Source: Mytilus edulis
Lineage: Eukaryota
Direction of reading: 5' to 3'
Assembly (NCBI RefSeq): GCF_963676685.1
Contig: NC_092351.1
Location: 39,184,001-39,248,000, forward strand
DNA length: 64,000 nt
Position 1 is the stretch's first letter. Each line of letters opens with the position of its first letter. This document shows, in pieces, positions 52,535-64,000 of the stretch. A program made the position numbers and the translations under genes. The notes below the pieces were generated by a model. It did no database searches. It had not been told where the DNA came from and worked only from the letters and a program-made list of their open reading frames with translations.

Positions 52535-53782
52535 TAAATTGTTTATCAGGTCAAGATCTATCTGCCCTGAAATTTTCAGATAGATTAAAGAACACGTTGT
52601 AACGTTGCTGCCCCTTAAATGCTAATTTCAAGGAAATTTTGCTGTTTTTATATGACCACAAAAAACCACAAAATTGAAAATTTTTTGGTCATATATTGGT
52701 ATCACATTGGCGTCGGCGTCCCAAGACTTGGTTTTCGCATTATAACTTTAGTATAAGTGAATAGAAATCTATGAAATTTAAACACAAGGGTTATGGCCAT
52801 AAAAGGAAGGTTGTGATTGATTTTGGAAGTTTTGGTCCCAACAGTTTGGGAATTAGGGGCCAAAAAGGGCCCAAATAAGGATTTTCTTGGTTTTCGCACT
52901 TACTTTCGTTTAAAGTAAATAGAAGTCTATGAAATTTTGACACAAGGTTTATGACCACTAAAGGAAGGTTGGGAGTGTTGGTCCCAACAGTTTAGGAATT
53001 AGGAGCCAAAAAAGGGCCATAATAAGCATTATTCTTGGTTTTCGCACAATAACTTTAGTATAAGTAAATAGAAATCAATGAAATTTAAACACAAGGTTTA
53101 TGAACACAAAAGGAAGTTTGGGAGTTGAGGTCCCAACAGTTTAGGAATTAGGGGCACAAATAAGCATTTTTAACCGGATTTTTGAGACAAAAATGTCGGT
53201 TATTGATTTGGGGATGTACGGCGGGCAGTCGGGCGGGCGGCAATCGAATGTTGTCTGTGCATTAACTCATGAACCGTTCAACCAAAGCTTTTAAAATTTT
53301 AATATGTTGTTACTGACAACTAAATGAAGGTCAAGTTCAATAATGGCGATTTTGACTTTTACCGTTCAGGAGTTAAGGTTCTTGAAAGATTGAAAAATGT
53401 TTTTTCCAGTCGTGTCCGTGCATTGACGCATGAACTGTTCTACCAAAGTTTCCCAAATTTTAATATGTTGGTACTGATGACAAAATGGAGGTCAAGTTCA
53501 ATAATGACGATTTTTACTTTTACCGTTCAGGAGTTAAGGTTCTTGAAAGATTGAAAAATGGTTTTTCCAGTCGTGTCCGTGCATTGACGCATGAACTGTT
53601 CTACCAAAGTTTCCCAAATTTTAATATGTTGGTACTGATGACAAAATGGAGGTCAAGTTCAATAATGACGATTTTTACTTTTACCGTTCAGGAGTTATGG
53701 TTCTTGAAAGAATGAAAAAAGTTTGTATATATAAACAAATCATTTTATTTTCAGAAATATTTCAAATCAATATTAAATCAAG

Positions 53783-56700
53783 ATGGGAAGGAAAGATGGA
53801 AAGCCACGTGGACGTATGTCATCATATGTCTTCTTTGTGCAGTGTTTTAGAGAGGAACACAAGAAAAAAAATCCAACAGAAAAAGTTGTGTTTGCTGAAT
53901 TCTCGAAAAAGTGTGCTGAAAAATGGAGGGTACGGTTTTTGATTGCATTATTTTATGGGAAATTTACTATAAGGTTTGCCTGTCCCTTGATTTATCTTCC
54001 CTTGGACCAAGGACAAATTTCTACTTAAGGAGTGTTTCCTTCTCTGGGTTTTCTTTAAAAACCTTGTCCAGGAGGTCCATAATTTTTTTTTTTATATATT
54101 TAGCATGCATGGTGCTGACATAAATCATAATGGTGCTTCCCATAATTCATTATTGACTTTGAAGCATATTTTTATCTTGCCTCGAGGTCAATAGGCCTTA
54201 CATTTTTACATTTTCGTGTGGAACATTCCATTCTTTGACGGGCTTTTGATATTTGGCGCATGGATGCACCACCTCAAGACAATGTGTTGATTTCCATGGA
54301 AGAATACTATGTACTTGTTATCTTTATATGTCCATCTTAAAACCTCACATATTCTTATTTGACATGGCAAGACTTTTTTAATGCATCTAATTATTTATCT
54401 AAGTCGTGCCCTACTCATTCTATAATAAATTGTAAGATATATTGAAAAAATATGGTTTAGATCCTCGCCCTTAATCATATAATTCTACCTAGTTGTCTGT
54501 TGCGCTGCGAAAGATATAGTAATGGTCTTATGTCTGTCCCAAGCACATCATTACTCAGAGACCGTTTGACAGAAAGCTCTCATTCATGGTAGGATTGTTG
54601 GCCACCATGTCCAGTTGACCATAATATACCAACATTTTGTGGGAGATATGGGTAGTAGGTCTCATTGGGGTCTAAGCCTGACGCGGTATTGGCTGATTTT
54701 TTTGTAAGTGTGACTCGTGAAAGTCAAATTATTGTGCATGGAAATGGAAATGAAGTCGGGCAGGAAACATGGAATTACAAGCAATATTATTTCAATAATC
54801 AAAACATTCTGATTTCAAACTGTGAACTTGCTTAGACTTGCAATTTGTTAGAAGTAATGATTTCATTTGTTACAATAGATGAATAATATTTTGTTCGTAA
54901 GACTCCTGGTTTTGTTTTGTAGGAAATCAGTGCAAAGGAAAAGAGGAAATATGAAGATATGGCAGAGAAAGACAAAGCTAGATATGAGGGAGAAATGCAA
55001 AATTACGAGCCAGGACCAGGAGAGAAGGTTGGAAGAAAGAAGAGAGATAAAGATCCCAATGCACCAAAGAGATCCCTGTAAGATAAATGCATATGTAGTG
55101 TGGCAATATTGGCTAATTTCTGAAGCATCTTCCGTCTAAATATTTGAATTACTTGTCCGGGTTAAGAATTGACAACAGGATAAAAGTGGGAGCCAGGGAC
55201 TTAAAGGATTATTAGATTGTTAATTTGTAATCATTAAAGTACATAAATGATTGTTAAAGTAAGACATTTTCACAATTCAATGTGGGTATTGCAATATATT
55301 AATTTCATGTCATGCTTTGTTGTTCATTGTTGTTTATTTTGGTACATATCAATATCAACATATAATTTCTCTTTAACCTCCTTTCCCTTAATACTGCATT
55401 ATACTGGCACAAATCAAGTCTTGTGGATTATAAGTTTTTCTAGAGCAGCTTGAATTGTCAGTAATGTCTGATTTTGTAGACACTTGTGTGACTAGGTGTC
55501 TAGGGCAAAAACGTTCTTTATATTTTAGCTTATTGCATTGAACATGGGTAAATCTATTGATTTTGTGGCTGAGCTGACATAAGGCCAAAAAAAATTACAT
55601 ATCTCTGTTTCCTGCTGCCAAGGCAAATAAATCAGGGTCGGAAGGTCGGGTTTTTTTTTTTTTATTATTTTTTTATTTTTGCACTCCCTGTCAGATTTGC
55701 AGTCGGTTAAATGTCATGTTTGGTTAGGGTCCTGTACCCTAAAATGATCTAATCTCTTAAAAGAAGCTTAAATTGAATAATCCTCCCAGTGCCGACATTT
55801 TTTAAACCTTAATTGTAGCACATTTGTGCTGGGAGCAGCCATTTTGATTGTTTGGGTATAGTAAAATACGGATCGGGATCAGACAGGAAACGAATTTTTC
55901 CGGACCAGAAACAAATTTTTTCCGGATTTGAATAAAAAGATCTAGGGTCGGGGTAGGTCGGGAAACAGGAAACAGACATATATTTTTTTTTGGCCTAAGA
56001 TGAAAAGAATCCCAAGGTAAATTATTTTTCTTTAGCTTGATGTAAGATCAATCCAATGGCAGTAAATACATAAAAATAACTATTTATTTTCTTACAGTTC
56101 TGCATTCTTTTTCTTCTGTAATGAAGAAAGACCAAAAGTAAGGAAAGATCATGGTGATTGGTCGGTAGCGCTAGTAGCCAAGGAGATGGGAAAACGATGG
56201 GAGAAACAAACAGATAGATCAAAATATGAAAAACAGGCAGCTGCAGATAAAATCAGATATGAGCAGGTAGGTTCAGCACCATACAACTTTAAACTATTTT
56301 TTAAAAGCCAGCTTGGTTACTTTCTGCTCTGCAATTTCTTTCAATACATTAATGAATTTTATGGCAGTGCATGCATTTCAATCTTCAATAAGGAGGGCTA
56401 TTCTGGAAAAAGTTATTAGTGAGGAAGGAATGGGTAGGAAATTTGGAGGGTATAATTTTTTCTTGTACTCGCTATCCATACAACTTGTAAGAAATGTACT
56501 GTAAATTCTGAATGTTTTTATTGTCGTGAAAAATTTACAGAATAAGGTATTGCAAAAACAAATAACTCCTATTTTAAATTCTGAAAGCATCATTTCATTA
56601 TGTAGAGCAGGATTTGCTTACCCTTGCAGAGCACCTGAAATCACCCCCTGTTTTTGGTGGGATTCTTGTTGCTCAGTCTTTAGTTTTCTATGTTATGTTT

Positions 56701-57290
56701 TGTCTACTCTTATTTGTCTCTTTTTCTTTTTTAACCAAGGCGTTGTCAGTTTATTTTTCGACTTGTGAATTTGAATGTACCTTTGGTATCTTTCGCCTCT
56801 CTTTTATATACAGCATTTACTGGAATTGCAATAATTAATATCATTTTTGACCTTTTTTCAAAAATTCCAATAATGAATACATGCAGGAATTTACAGTTAA
56901 GATTTGAAATTTATGCCAACTCCTACTAGATGAATTTTCCATTTTTTGTATCTCTCTAAAAAAAAATGAACTTGTTACAACAGCAACATAGAAACAACCA
57001 TTTAACATAATGACATTTTAATGATAAGGTAATTTCCATGTCTTGTGAAGGACTACATTCAGTGGTAAAATTTCTTCTGAATTCTTGTTACTCCTCATTT
57101 TTCCATGTGGATACTTAAATTGATCTGATTCTTCTACCCACAGGCAATGGCAAAATACAGGGGAGGTGGTGGTGGATCTCCAGCAAAGAAACCTGCAGGA
57201 CCCCCAGCAAAGAAAGCTAAGCCAGAGAGTGAAGAAGAGGATGATGATGATGAAGAAGATGAGGAAGACGACGAAGAAGATGATGAATAA
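53783..57290 (+). CDS. HMGB: HMGB copy 4 (205 aa, intact); exons 53783-53929, 54923-55077, 56098-56266, 57144-57290
   Basis: Same exon lengths and open frame; [13 protein letters not shown]; AATAAA at 57725. Confidence 0.9.
55583..55995. mobile_element. 413-bp PIF/Harbinger-like MITE in an intron of HMGB copy 4
   Basis: TAA|GGCCAAAAAAAA...TTTTTTTTGGCC|TAA. The empty site GACATAAGATG is present in copy 5 (~61820). Confidence 0.9.
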
Positions 57291-59824
57291 GCACAAAAGA
57301 TTCTGTATCATGAACAATTGGGGGGTATCCTGGATCAAGAAATGTACAATTTCTGTTATGTATAGTTGATCATTTGTATATATTGTTCATCTTAGATGAT
57401 TGTATATTTATCATTGTACATAAAATCATTATTTTATTCATCCCATCTGAGGGGAAACAATCCTGTCATCTTACTTTAGAACAAAATTTAAGTAGTTTTT
57501 ATGATATTATAATTATTTATACATTTTCATGATGAATTTAAAATTTAACTGTGTAAAACATTTTAAGTTTCATCAGCTTCACAGACTTGCAGGCTAACAG
57601 CTACAATATTTTCTTTTTGCTATGGAGCAATGTAAAGGGAATGACTGAAAGTGCTGTATTTTTCATCACCATTTTTGTTTTAATCATGAAATGTCAATGA
57701 ATGTCATGTTTAAATAGATTTTATAATAAAACATATTTTAACTTGCTTAATTCTTTTTTTTAACCAAACCTGGCACCAAGGCAATTTTACTGAAAACGCT
57801 TATTAACTTTTATTAGGAGTGATTGCCTATAAACGACTGTTTTAACAAACTATTGCCTATTGTCTTCAAAACTATAATAGGTAGAAGTTCTTAGTGGGTT
57901 TGATAAGGCCTTTATCAAACAAGAGACTTGCAAATTTGAATGAAGTGTGAATAATTTGTACCATTATGGAGAAATGTGGACTTGTCACAGGAACTATGTT
58001 ATTGAAATCCAGCTCAGCAGATGTGGTATGATTGCCAATAAGACAAAACTCCACAAGAGACCAACTGGCAGAAATTAACAGCAATAGGTCACTATTTAGC
58101 CTTCAACAATAAGAAAAGTCTATACTTCATAGTTGGCTTTAAAAGGCCCAGAAATCAAATGTAAAACAAACTAACGGCCTTATAAATGTACACAAAAAAA
58201 TGATGAAACAAGAAATATGTAACACAGCAACAAATGACAACTACTGAATTACAGGCTCTTGACATGGGATAGGCACATACAAACAGAATGTGACTGGTGT
58301 AACAGTACATCATAATAGTCTAGCCAACTTAGCATAAATTTCACCCTAACCTTGAAGAAAATGATAAGGGAGATAACTCTGCAAAAAAGACAGAAATATC
58401 AGTGAAAATTGATACAAAATTATAATTTAAACCTTGAAGGGCCTTCCATTTAACAGAATGTATTGATTCTTGATATTTTAGCCATCTTTAGAGAATAAAA
58501 AACAACTATAAAGGTGTTATCATATTTTTAGCTCGCCTGGCTAAGTGAGCTTTTCCCATCACTTGTGTCCGTCGTCGTTAACTTTTACAAAAATCTTCTC
58601 CTGAAACTACTGGGCCAAATTAAACCAAACTTGGCCAAAATCATCATTGGGGTGTCTAGTTTAAAAAATGTGTCCAGTGACCCGGCCAACAATCCAAGAT
58701 GGCCACCAGGACTAAAAATAGAACAGACACATAGTGGTAAAATATACATTTTGGCTTCTCTGAAACCAAAGCAAATCTTACAAGGGGTTAAATTGTTTAT
58801 CAGGTCAAGATCTATCAGCCCTGAAATTTTCAGATAGATTGGAGAACCCATTGTAACGTTGCTGCCCCTTAAATGCTTATATGACCACAAAAAACCACAA
58901 AATTGAAAAAATTTTGGTCATATATTGGTATCACATTGGCGTCGGCGTCCCAAGACTTTTGGTTTTCGCATTATAACTTTAGTATAAGTGAATAGAAATC
59001 TATGAAATTTAAACACAAGGTTTATGACCATAAAAGGAAGGTTGTGATTGATTTTGGAAGTTATGGTCCCAACAGTTTGGGAATTAGGGGCCAAAAAGGG
59101 CCCAAATAAGGATTTTCTTGGTTTTCGCACTTACTTTAGTTTAAGTAAATAGAAATCTATGAAATTTTGACACAAGGTTTATGACCACTAAAGGAAGGTT
59201 GGGAGTGTTGGTCCCAACAGTTTAGGAATTAGGAACCAAAAAAGGGCCATAATAAGCATTATTCTTGGTTTTCGCACAATAACTTTAGTATAAGTAAAAT
59301 AGAAATCAATGAAATTTAAACACAAAAGGAAGTTTGGGAGTTGAGGTCCCAACAGTTTAGGAATTGGGGGCACAAATAAGCATTTTTAACCGGATTTTTG
59401 TGACAAAAATGTCGGTTATTGATTTGGGGATGGGCGGCGGATTCAATCAAATGATGTCTGTACATAAACTCATGAACCGTTCAACCAAAGCTTTTAAAAT
59501 TTTAATATGTTGTTACTGACAACTAAATGAAGGTCAAGTTCAATAATGGCGATTTTGACTTTTACCGTTCAGGAGTTATGGTTCTTGAAAGATTGAAAAA
59601 TAGTTTTTCCAGTCGTGTCCGTGCATTTATGCATGAACTGTTCTACCAAAGCTTCCCAAATTTTAATATGTTGTTACTGATGACAAAATGGAGGTCAAGT
59701 TTAATAATGACGATTTTGACTTTTACCGTTCAGGAGTTATGGTTCTTGAAAGATTGAAAAAAGATTGCATATATAAACAAATTATTTTATTTTCAGAAAT
59801 ATTTCAAATCAATATTAAATCAAG

Positions 59825-62711
59825 ATGGGAAGGAAAGATGGAAAGCCACGTGGACGTATGTCATCATATGTCTTCTTTGTGCAGTGTTTTAGAGAGGAAC
59901 ACAAGAAAAAAAATCCAACAGAAAAAGTTGTGTTTGCTGAATTCTCGAAAAAGTGTGCTGAAAAATGGAGGGTACGGTTTTTGATTGCATTATTTTATGG
60001 GAAATTTACTATAAGGTTTGCCTGTGCCTTGATTATATCTTCTCTTGGACCAAGGACAACTTTCTACTTAAGGAGTGTTTCCTTCTCTGGGTTTTCTTTA
60101 AAAACCTTGTCCAGGCGGTCCATATTTTTTTTTTATATTTAGCATGCATGGTGCTGACATAAATCATAATGGTGCTTCCCATAATTCATTATTGACTTTG
60201 AAGCATATTTTTATCTTGCCTCGAGGTCAATAGGCCTTACTTTTTTACATTTTTGTGTGGAACATTCCATTCTTTGACAGGCTTTTGATATATGGTGCAT
60301 GGATGCACCACCTCAAGAAAAAGTGTTGATTTCCATAGAAGAATACCGGTACTATGTACTTGTTATCTTTATATGTCCATCTTAAAACCTCACATATTCT
60401 TATTTGACATGGCAAGACTTTTTTAATGCATCTAATTATTTCTCTAAGTCGTGTCCTACTCATTCTATAATAAATTGTAAGATATATTGAAAAAATATGG
60501 TTTAGATCCTCGCCCTTAATCATATAATTCTACCTAGTTGTCTGTTGCGCTGCGAAAGATATAGTAATGGTCTTATGTCTGTCCTAAGCACATCATTACT
60601 CAGAGACCGTTTGACAGAAAGCTCTCATTCATGGTAGGATTGTTGGCCACCATGTCCAGTTGACCATAATATACCAACATTTTGTGGGAGATATGGGTAG
60701 TAGGTCTCATTGGGGTCTAAGCCTGACGCGGTATTGGCTGATTTTTTTGTAAGTGTGACTCGTGAAAGTCAAATTATTGTGCATGGAAATGGAAATGAAG
60801 TCGGACAGGAAACATGGAATTACAAGCAATATTATTTCAATGATAAGCGGGATACAGGATCAGATTTTAGGCATTTATTTAAGCAAAAGAGATCAGCCAA
60901 AGTTTTAAAAATGTACTACCAAGTAATCATGTACAATTTACAACTGGGTAAACAATACCTTTAGAGATTTAAAAGTCAGAGTTCACTACCTTTAGAGATT
61001 TAACAGTCAGAGTCCACTACTAGTGGTTCAATAAATCAGAATCAAAACATTCTGATTTCAAACTGTGAACTTGCTTAGACTTGCAATTTGATAGAAGTAA
61101 TGATTTTATTTGTTACAATAGATGAATATTATTTTGTATGTAAGAATTCTGGTTTTGTTTTGTAGGAAATCAGTGCAAAGGAAAAGAGGAAATATGAAGA
61201 TATGGCAGAGAAAGACAAAGCTAGATATGAGGGAAAAATGCAAAATTACGAGCCAGGACCAGGGGAGAAGGTTGGCAGAAAGAAGAGAGATAAAGATCCC
61301 AATGCACCAAAGAGATCCCTGTAAGATAAATGCATATGTAGTGTGGCAATATTGGCTAATTTCTGAATCATCTTCTGTCTAAATATTTGAATTACTTGTC
61401 CGGGTTAAAAATTGACAACAGGATAAAAGTGGGAGCCAGGGACTAAAAGGATTTTTAGATTCTTAATTTGTAATCATTTAAAGTACATAAATGATTGTTA
61501 AAGTAAGACATTTTCACAATTCAATGTGGGTATTGTAATATATTAATTTCATGTCATGCTTTGTTGTTCATTGTTGTTTATTTTGGTACATATAAATATC
61601 AACATATAATTTCTCTTTAACCTCCTTTCCCTTAATACTGCATTATACTTGCACAAATGAATTCTTGTGGATTATAAGTTTTTCTAGAGCAGCTTGAATT
61701 GTCAGTAATGTCTGATTTTGTAGACACTTGTGTGACTAGGTGTCTAGGTCAAAAATGTTCTTCATATTTTGGCTTATTGCATTGAACATGGGTAAATCTA
61801 TTGATTTTGTGGCTGAGCTGACATAAGATGAATCAATCCCAAGAAAAATAATTTTTCTTTAGCTTGATGTAAGATCAATCCAATGGCAGTAAATACATAA
61901 AATAACTATTTATTTTCTTACAGTTCTGCATTCTTTTTCTTCTGTAACGAAGAAAGACCAAAAGTAAGGAAAGATCATGGTGATTGGTCGGTAGCGCTAG
62001 TAGCCAAGGAGATGGGAAAACGATGGGAGAAACAAACAGATAGATCAAAATATGAAAAACAGGCAGCTGCAGATAAAATCAGATACGAGCAGGTAGGTTC
62101 AGCGCCACACAACTTTAGACTATTTTTTAAAAGCCACCTTGGTTACTTTCTGCTCTGCAATTTCTTTCAATACATTAATGAATTTTATGGCAGTGCAGTG
62201 AATTTGAATGTACCTATGGTATCTTTCGCCTCTCTTTTATATACAGCATTTACTGGAAATGCAATAATTAATATCATTTTTGACCTTTTTTCAAAAATTC
62301 CAATAATGATCAATAATGAATACATGCAGGAATTTACAGTTAAGATTTGAAATTTATGCTAACTCCTACTAGATGAATTTTCCATTTTTTGTATCTCTCC
62401 TAAAAAATGAACTCGTTACAACAGCAACATAGGAACAACTATTTAACATAATGACATTTTAATGATAAGGTCATTTCCATGTCTTGTGAAGGACTACATT
62501 TAGTGGTAAATTTCTTCTGAATTCCATGTGGATACTTTAATTGATCTGATTTTTCTCCCCACAGGCAATGGCAAAATACAGGGGAGGTGGTGGTGGATCT
62601 CCAGCAAAGAAACCTGCAGGACCCCCAGCAAAGAAAGCCAAGCCAGAGAGTGAAGAAGAGGATGATGATGATGAAGAAGAGGAGGAAGACGACGAAGAAG
62701 ATGATGAATAA
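59825..62711 (+). CDS. HMGB: HMGB copy 5 (205 aa, intact); exons 59825-59971, 61166-61320, 61924-62092, 62565-62711
   Basis: Same exon lengths and open frame; E73K; AATAAA at 63145. Confidence 0.9.
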
Positions 62712-64000
62712 ACACAAAGATTCTGTATCATGAACAATTGGGGGGTATCCTGGATCAAGAAATGTACAATTTCTGTTATGTATAGTTGATCATTTGTATA
62801 TATTGTTCATCTTAGATGATTGTATATTTATCATTGTACATAAAATCATTATTTTATTCATCCCATCTGAGGGGAAACAATCCTGTCATCTTACTTTAGA
62901 ACAAAATTTAAGTAGTTTTTATGATATTATAATTATTTATACATTTTCATGATGAATTTAAAATTTAACTGTGTAAAACATTTTAAGTTTCATCGACTTC
63001 ACAGACTTGCAGGCTAACAGCTACAATATTTTCTTTTTGCTATGGAGCAATGTAAAGGGAATGACTGAAAGTGCTGTATTTTTCATCACCATTTTTGTTT
63101 TAATCATGAAATGTCAATGAATGTCATGTTTAAATAGATTTTATAATAAAACATATTTTAACTTGCTTAATTCTTTTTTTAACCAAACCTGGCACCAAGG
63201 CAATTTTACTGAAAACGTTTATTAACTTTTATTAGGAGTGATTGCCAATAAACGACTGTTTTAACAAACTATTGCCTATTGTCTTCAAAACTATAATAGG
63301 TAGAAGTTCTTAGTGGGTTTGATCAGGCCTTTGTCAAACAAGAGCCTTGCAAATTTGAATGAAGTGTGAATAATTTGTACCATTATGGAGAAATGTGGAC
63401 TTGTCACAGGAACTATGTTATTGAAATCCAGCTCAGCAGATGTGGTATGATTGCCAATGAGACAACACTCCACAAGAGACCAACTGGCAGAAATTAACAG
63501 CTAAAGGTCACTGTTTAGCCTTCAACAATAAGAAAAGTGCATACTGCATAGTCGGCTTTAAAAGGCCCAGAAATCAAATGTAAAACAAACTAACGGCCTT
63601 ATAACTGTATAAATGTACACAAAAAATAATGAAACAAGAAATATGTAACACAGCAACAAATGACAACTACTGAATTGCAGGCTCTTGACATGGGATAGGC
63701 ACATACATACAGAATGTGACTGGGTTAAACATGTAAGCAGGATCCCGAACCTGTGACTGGTGTAACAGTACATCATAATATTCCAGTCAATCTAGCATAA
63801 ATTTCACCCTATCCTTGAAGTAATTGCAACAGAGGATTTTAAGTTTTAATCTTTAGCATTATATCCAAAATTAAACCAAAATATACACAGAAAAAAGTCC
63901 CATAAAATCTAACTTGAGGAAAACTAAAATTTAAAATTCCTATGGAGATTTGCATTGATAAGGGAGATGACTCTGCAAAAAAGGCAGAAATATCAATGAA

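Larger units (their letters stand above)
40936..64000 (+). repeat. Tandem segmental duplication, ~5.8-7.0-kb units, each carrying one HMGB coding cassette (copies 2-5)
   Basis: Introns, 3'UTR and spacer repeats are colinear between units. ATG spacings are 5837, 6950 and 6042; the differences are explained by indels and TE insertions. Confidence 0.95.

Noticed and set aside
40996-62711. Copies 2-5 as processed or decayed pseudogenes
   Set aside because: Introns are retained, all exon lengths and GT-AG sites are preserved, and I found no stops or frameshifts. Silence cannot be excluded without expression data.
40936-64000. HMGB array as a pure assembly artefact
   Set aside because: Units differ by many substitutions, private indels and TE insertions with clean target duplications, and four distinct units exceed two haplotypes. 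The exact copy number still needs long-read confirmation.

Overview
AT-rich, intron-rich animal genomic DNA. The repeat content and proteins suggest a bivalve mollusc (Mytilus-like); this is inference. Reading splice sites by hand gives, in order: (1) the 5' part of NFRKB/INO80G on the minus strand (7 coding exons, DEUBAD region, continuing off the left edge); (2) a complete 8-exon EIF3F (272 aa, +), head-to-head with NFRKB; (3) a SAP30/SAP30L gene (-) whose predicted N-terminus lacks the usual MNGF start and gains about 70 aa from two extra exons; (4) head-to-head with SAP30, a tandem array of five intact two-box HMGB genes (205 aa each; ATGs at 36740, 40996, 46833, 53783, 59825). The main observation is that only the first HMGB copy has a recognisable promoter and non-coding exon 1. 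Copies 2-5 start at the exon-2 splice acceptor, and copies 3-5 keep only 32 nt of intron 1, fused to a transposon. All four still have open frames, splice sites, 3'UTRs and poly(A) signals, and they have altered the redox cysteine equivalent to HMGB1 C23. This suggests a system in which one promoter and leader exon serves five alternative gene cassettes. The rest of the window is MITEs, Helentron/HINE-like elements, a LINE fragment and minisatellites. Most ORFs in the supplied track are spurious or partial exon read-throughs.
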